The notes beneath the pieces are model-generated. The model searched no databases. It was not told the origin of the DNA and was given only the letters and a program-made list of their open reading frames with translations. A stretch of 32,000 bases of DNA, taken from NCBI RefSeq assembly GCF_001457595.1, contig NZ_LN831039.1, forward strand, positions 6,090,001 to 6,122,000, in the 5' to 3' direction. Of the stretch, positions 28,615-32,000 are shown piece by piece (the stretch's first letter is position 1; every line of letters starts with the position of its first letter). Origin of the DNA: Mycolicibacterium smegmatis (GTDB taxonomy: Bacteria > Actinomycetota > Actinomycetes > Mycobacteriales > Mycobacteriaceae). Made by a program: the position numbers and the translations under genes.

Positions 28615-29715
28615 TCACGCCGGCGGACCGGACGTCCGGCCGCGCACCACCTCGGTCTCCAGAACGTCGATCACCGGCAGACCCGATCCTGGTGGATTGT
28701 GCAGCAAATGCCCGGCGCGACGGCCTTTTTCCATGCTGGGCTGCTTCACGGTGGTCAACCCGCGACGCAGCGCGTCGCGCACCCCGTCGAAGCCCGTCAC
28801 GGTCATGTGGCCGGGCACGTAGATGCCGCGCGACCGCAGGTGATCCATCGCCGAGAGGGCCAGCACGTCGGCCGTACACATCAGCGCCGTGATACGCGGG
28901 TTCACCTCCAGCGCCACCTCGGCAGCCGCGCCTCCGGACGTGGGCAGGTGCTCATAGCTCTCGACGACGGTCAATGACGACGGGTCCAAACCGGCCGCGG
29001 ACATCGCGTCGTACACGCCGTGGATGCGTTCGCGTTGTACGTGGAAATGTGGTGAGAGCACCCGTTCCGGGTCGGCGAGTGCCGGACGCGGATCACCGTG
29101 GGGCCAGTCGCGTCCCAGCCGCATGGTGAGCAGGCCGATGTCGCGGTGACCGAGTTCCAGGACGTACTCGGCGAGTTCGCGCATGGCCCCGCGATCGTCG
29201 ATGCTGATGCGAGAGACCCCTGGCACGTCCTTCGGTTGGTCGACCACCACCATCGGCAACTGACGTTGCTGCAACACAGGCAGATACGGATCGTCGTCGG
29301 ACGCCGAGTAGACCACGAACCCGTCGACACCCGCCGCGAGCACGGAATTGGACCCCTCTTCGAAGGTGCGGTTGGGCCCGACGGCGACCAACAGCAGGCC
29401 CTGCCCGGCTTCCTCACACGATTCGGCAAGACCGGCAACGAAATCGAGTGCGGCGGGATCGCTGAACGAATAGTCGAGCGGTTCGGTGATCATGAGACCG
29501 ACCGCACCGGCCTTGCGGGTGCGCAGTGACCGTGCCACCGGGTCCGGGCCCGGATATCCGAGCCGCTTGGCCGCGTCGAAGATGCGCTCGCGCAGATCCG
29601 CCGACAATTGATCGGGGCGGTTGTACGCGTTGGAGATCGTGGTACGCGAAACCTTCAACTCGGCTGCCAAAGAGGCCAGCGTGGCCCGCCGGGGCGGATG
29701 TGGACTCCGTGGCAT
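28615..29715 (-). CDS. LacI family transcriptional regulator
   Basis: 366 aa; RRATLASLAAELKVSRTTISNAYNRPDQLSADLRERIFDAAKRLGYPGPDPVARSLR LacI HTH plus hinge, periplasmic-binding-like domain. Confidence 0.9.
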   Translation of the reverse strand: MPRSPHPPRRATLASLAAELKVSRTTISNAYNRPDQLSADLRERIFDAAKRLGYPGPDPVARSLRTRKAGAVGLMITEPLDYSFSDPAALDFVAGLAESCEEAGQGLLLVAVGPNRTFEEGSNSVLAAGVDGFVVYSASDDDPYLPVLQQRQLPMVVVDQPKDVPGVSRISIDDRGAMRELAEYVLELGHRDIGLLTMRLGRDWPHGDPRPALADPERVLSPHFHVQRERIHGVYDAMSAAGLDPSSLTVVESYEHLPTSGGAAAEVALEVNPRITALMCTADVLALSAMDHLRSRGIYVPGHMTVTGFDGVRDALRRGLTTVKQPSMEKGRRAGHLLHNPPGSGLPVIDVLETEVVRGRTSGPPA

Positions 29716-29763
29716 GCCCTCTGAGCGTAGTAGATGGCCCGTCCCCGCCCGTGACCGAGGGGT

Positions 29764-30639
29764 TTACGGGCGCGCCACCGCCGACCGCCTGGCGCGGTTC
29801 GCCGCCCACACAACGAACCAGAACACGCACGCGATGGTCACGATCACGAAACTCGGCGGCAGGTTGAACACCGCCGAGAGCACCAGACCGGCCCACACCG
29901 AGAGCAGACTGATCACGGTCGAGATCGCCATCGCCAGCCGGGGCTGGGCCGTGAGCGTGATCGCCGTCGCGGCCGGTGTCACCACGAGCGCGAACAGCAG
30001 CAGCGTGCCGACGGCCTGCACGGCCATCGTGACCGCGACGCCCAGCAGCACCATGAACACCACCGACAGTGTGCGCACCGGGACACCCTTGGCCTCGGCG
30101 ACCTGAGCGTTGACCGACGCGAACAGCAGTGGACGGTAGATGAATACGATCGCGGCGGCCAACACGAGCAGCAGCGCCGTGAACGTCAGCAGCTGCTCGT
30201 GTGTGATCGCCAGCAGATTTCCGAAGAGCACGTTGGTGAGCGTCGAGGAGTTCTTGGTGGCCAGCGAGTTGAAGAACAACCCGAAGCCGGTCGCCAGTGC
30301 CAGGACGGTGCCGGTCGCGACCTCACGGTCGTGCGCCTGCTTGCCGAGGGCGCCGATCACCACGGCACCCGCGACGCAGAACACACCGAGGCCGAGCACC
30401 GCGGGCAGCCCGAGCAGCGCGGCGCCGGTGGCACCGGGAAGGCCGATGTGTGCCAGAGCGTGGGCCGCGAAGGCGGTGTTGCGCACGATGATGAAGTAGC
30501 CGATCAGCCCGGCCGCGAGCGCCACCAGGGTGCCGCCGATCAGCGCGTTGCGCATGAACGCCGATCCGAGGATGTGCAACCAGTTGTGCTGGTAGCCGAT
30601 CGCCAGATACGTCTGCGCCAGATCGCCCGGCGGCATCAC
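29764..30639 (-). CDS. znuB: Metal (zinc/manganese) ABC transporter permease, ABC-3 family
   Basis: 291 aa, multi-TM; AAHALAHIGLPGATGAALLG, FALVVTPAATAITLT; overlaps the ATPase stop. Confidence 0.85.
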   Translation of the reverse strand: MMPPGDLAQTYLAIGYQHNWLHILGSAFMRNALIGGTLVALAAGLIGYFIIVRNTAFAAHALAHIGLPGATGAALLGLPAVLGLGVFCVAGAVVIGALGKQAHDREVATGTVLALATGFGLFFNSLATKNSSTLTNVLFGNLLAITHEQLLTFTALLLVLAAAIVFIYRPLLFASVNAQVAEAKGVPVRTLSVVFMVLLGVAVTMAVQAVGTLLLFALVVTPAATAITLTAQPRLAMAISTVISLLSVWAGLVLSAVFNLPPSFVIVTIACVFWFVVWAANRARRSAVARP

Positions 30640-31415
30640 TCGCTCCTCATGTACATCTGCCCCTGCAGGGTGTTGGCGACCTGCACCTTGGTGCCGTACA
30701 GATGCGTGAGCAGGTCTGCGTTGACGACGTCCATGGGCGCGTGGTGGGCGTGCCCGTCGAGCAGGTAGATGGCGCTGTCGAGCACGCTCAGCAGCGGGTT
30801 GAGGTCGTGCGCGACGACGATGATGGTCACCTGGTACTCGGAGTTGACCCGCGCGAGAAGCTGCACGATCTCGTGCTGGCTGCGCAGGTCGAGCGCCGCG
30901 AGCGGCTCGTCGAGGATCAGCATCCGCGGATGTGCCACCAGCGCGTTGGCCAGCGCGATGCGCTGACGCTGTCCGCCGGACAGTTGCGAGACGCGGCGGT
31001 CGGCGAACTCGGTGGCCTCGACAGCTGCGAGCGCCTGGTCGACCCTGGCCTTCTCCTCGGCCGTGACCCGGCGCATCCCCCAGCGGTGACCGGTGAGCCC
31101 GAGCGTCACGGCGTCACGCGCGCGGATCGCCTCGCCCGCGCCCGCCACGTAGTCCTGCGGCACGTACCCGATCTGGTCGTTGTGCTCGCCTGGCCTGCCG
31201 CCGAGCACGCGCACCGAACCCGACGCGACCGGCAGCAGGCCCAGGATGACCTGCAGCATGGTCGACTTGCCGGAACCGTTGGACCCGATCAGCGCGACGA
31301 TGCCGCCGGAGGGGATGGTGAACGTGCCCTCCGACCAGATCAGGCGACCGCCCCGCACGACGCTGACGTCGTCGAAGACCAGCGCGGGTTCGGTTTCGGC
31401 GTTATGACTCGACAC
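30636..31415 (-). CDS. znuC: Metal (zinc/manganese) ABC transporter ATP-binding protein
   Basis: GTG start; Walker A GSNGSGKSTML, signature LSGGQRQRIALANALV, Walker B MLILDEPLAALD. Confidence 0.88.
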   Translation of the reverse strand: MSSHNAETEPALVFDDVSVVRGGRLIWSEGTFTIPSGGIVALIGSNGSGKSTMLQVILGLLPVASGSVRVLGGRPGEHNDQIGYVPQDYVAGAGEAIRARDAVTLGLTGHRWGMRRVTAEEKARVDQALAAVEATEFADRRVSQLSGGQRQRIALANALVAHPRMLILDEPLAALDLRSQHEIVQLLARVNSEYQVTIIVVAHDLNPLLSVLDSAIYLLDGHAHHAPMDVVNADLLTHLYGTKVQVANTLQGQMYMRSE

Positions 31416-32000
31416 CGAGCGCCTTGGCCAGTGCAGTGAGTTGGTCCACCTGCCAAGCCTCGAACGAATCGGCGCCAGGCGCCACCGTTTCGGTCACTTC
31501 GACCACCGGGATGCCCGCGCTCTCGGCCGCGGTGCGCAGCTGCTGCGGCACCGAGCCCTCGGTCTGGACGTTGTAGATGAGCACGTCCACGCCGCGGTTC
31601 TCCAGCAGGGTCAAAAACGCGTCGAAATCGGCGGGCGACGGGTCGGTCTCGTTCGACGAGGCGACCTGGTAACCGGGTGGGGTGCGGTCGGTCAGGCCGA
31701 CGGCCGCCGCCATGTCGTCGAACACCGCTTCGGTTGCCGCGTATGTCTTGCCGGAGGCCTTGGCCTTGATGTCGTCGATGAGCTGGTTGTACGGCTTCAT
31801 CGATTCGGTGAACGCCGCGCGCCGCTCGGCGAAATAGTCCTTGGCCTCCGGCGCCAGATCACCGAGTTTCGCGGTCACCTCGTCGGCGACGGTGGTCACC
31901 GCGGCCGGGCTGTACCAGGCGTGCGGGTTGACGCCCTCTTCCGCGTGCGCGTGGCCGTGTTCGTCGTGCCCGTGGTCATGGGCGTCGTCTTCGTGCGCAC
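31402..32000 (-). CDS. znuA: Zinc-binding solute-binding protein of the ABC transporter (N-terminus beyond the window)
   Basis: Frame stays open to the window edge. Reading from the edge: HEDDAHDHGHDEHGHAHAEEGVNPHAWYSPAA followed by VTTVADEVTAKLGDLAPEAKDYF...: His-rich loop plus cluster A-I metal-binding protein fold. Confidence 0.88.
   Translation of the reverse strand, partial: AHEDDAHDHGHDEHGHAHAEEGVNPHAWYSPAAVTTVADEVTAKLGDLAPEAKDYFAERRAAFTESMKPYNQLIDDIKAKASGKTYAATEAVFDDMAAAVGLTDRTPPGYQVASSNETDPSPADFDAFLTLLENRGVDVLIYNVQTEGSVPQQLRTAAESAGIPVVEVTETVAPGADSFEAWQVDQLTALAKALGVES

Overview
This window looks like high-GC actinobacterial chromosome, very probably Mycolicibacterium smegmatis or a close relative (inferred from gene content and order). 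It is mostly well-ordered metabolic operons, with one small accessory patch at about 5.88-8.68 kb. Left to right: (a) the 3' tip of an aminotransferase-like gene; (b) a xylose-type sugar ABC transporter plus xylose isomerase operon, divergent from a ROK regulator; (c) an IS110-family transposase and a DUF222/HNH (13E12-like) gene; (d) a translationally coupled ketone-body operon (MFS transporter, 3-hydroxybutyrate dehydrogenase, acetoacetyl-CoA synthetase), divergent from a LysR regulator; (e) an alpha/beta hydrolase (lysophospholipase/MAGL-like); (f) a TetR regulator between a cytochrome P450 and a mycofactocin-type SDR, with two matching 18-bp palindromes; (g) a secreted GjpA-like protein with a Lys/Ala-rich tail, an IdeR-box-like sequence upstream and a hairpin downstream; (h) the cholesterol A/B-ring catabolic cluster hsaADCB, kshB, an Rv3572-like secreted protein, fadE34 and kstR, with KstR-type boxes; (i) otsB, a LacI regulator and znuABC (znuA truncated by the window end). 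I saw no CRISPR array, rRNA or tRNA, and no strong evidence for a wholly new defence or mobile system. The best leads are the unannotated regulatory palindromes, the possible IS110 bridge-RNA region, the P450/mycofactocin-SDR/TetR regulon, and the GjpA-like gene with its putative iron box.
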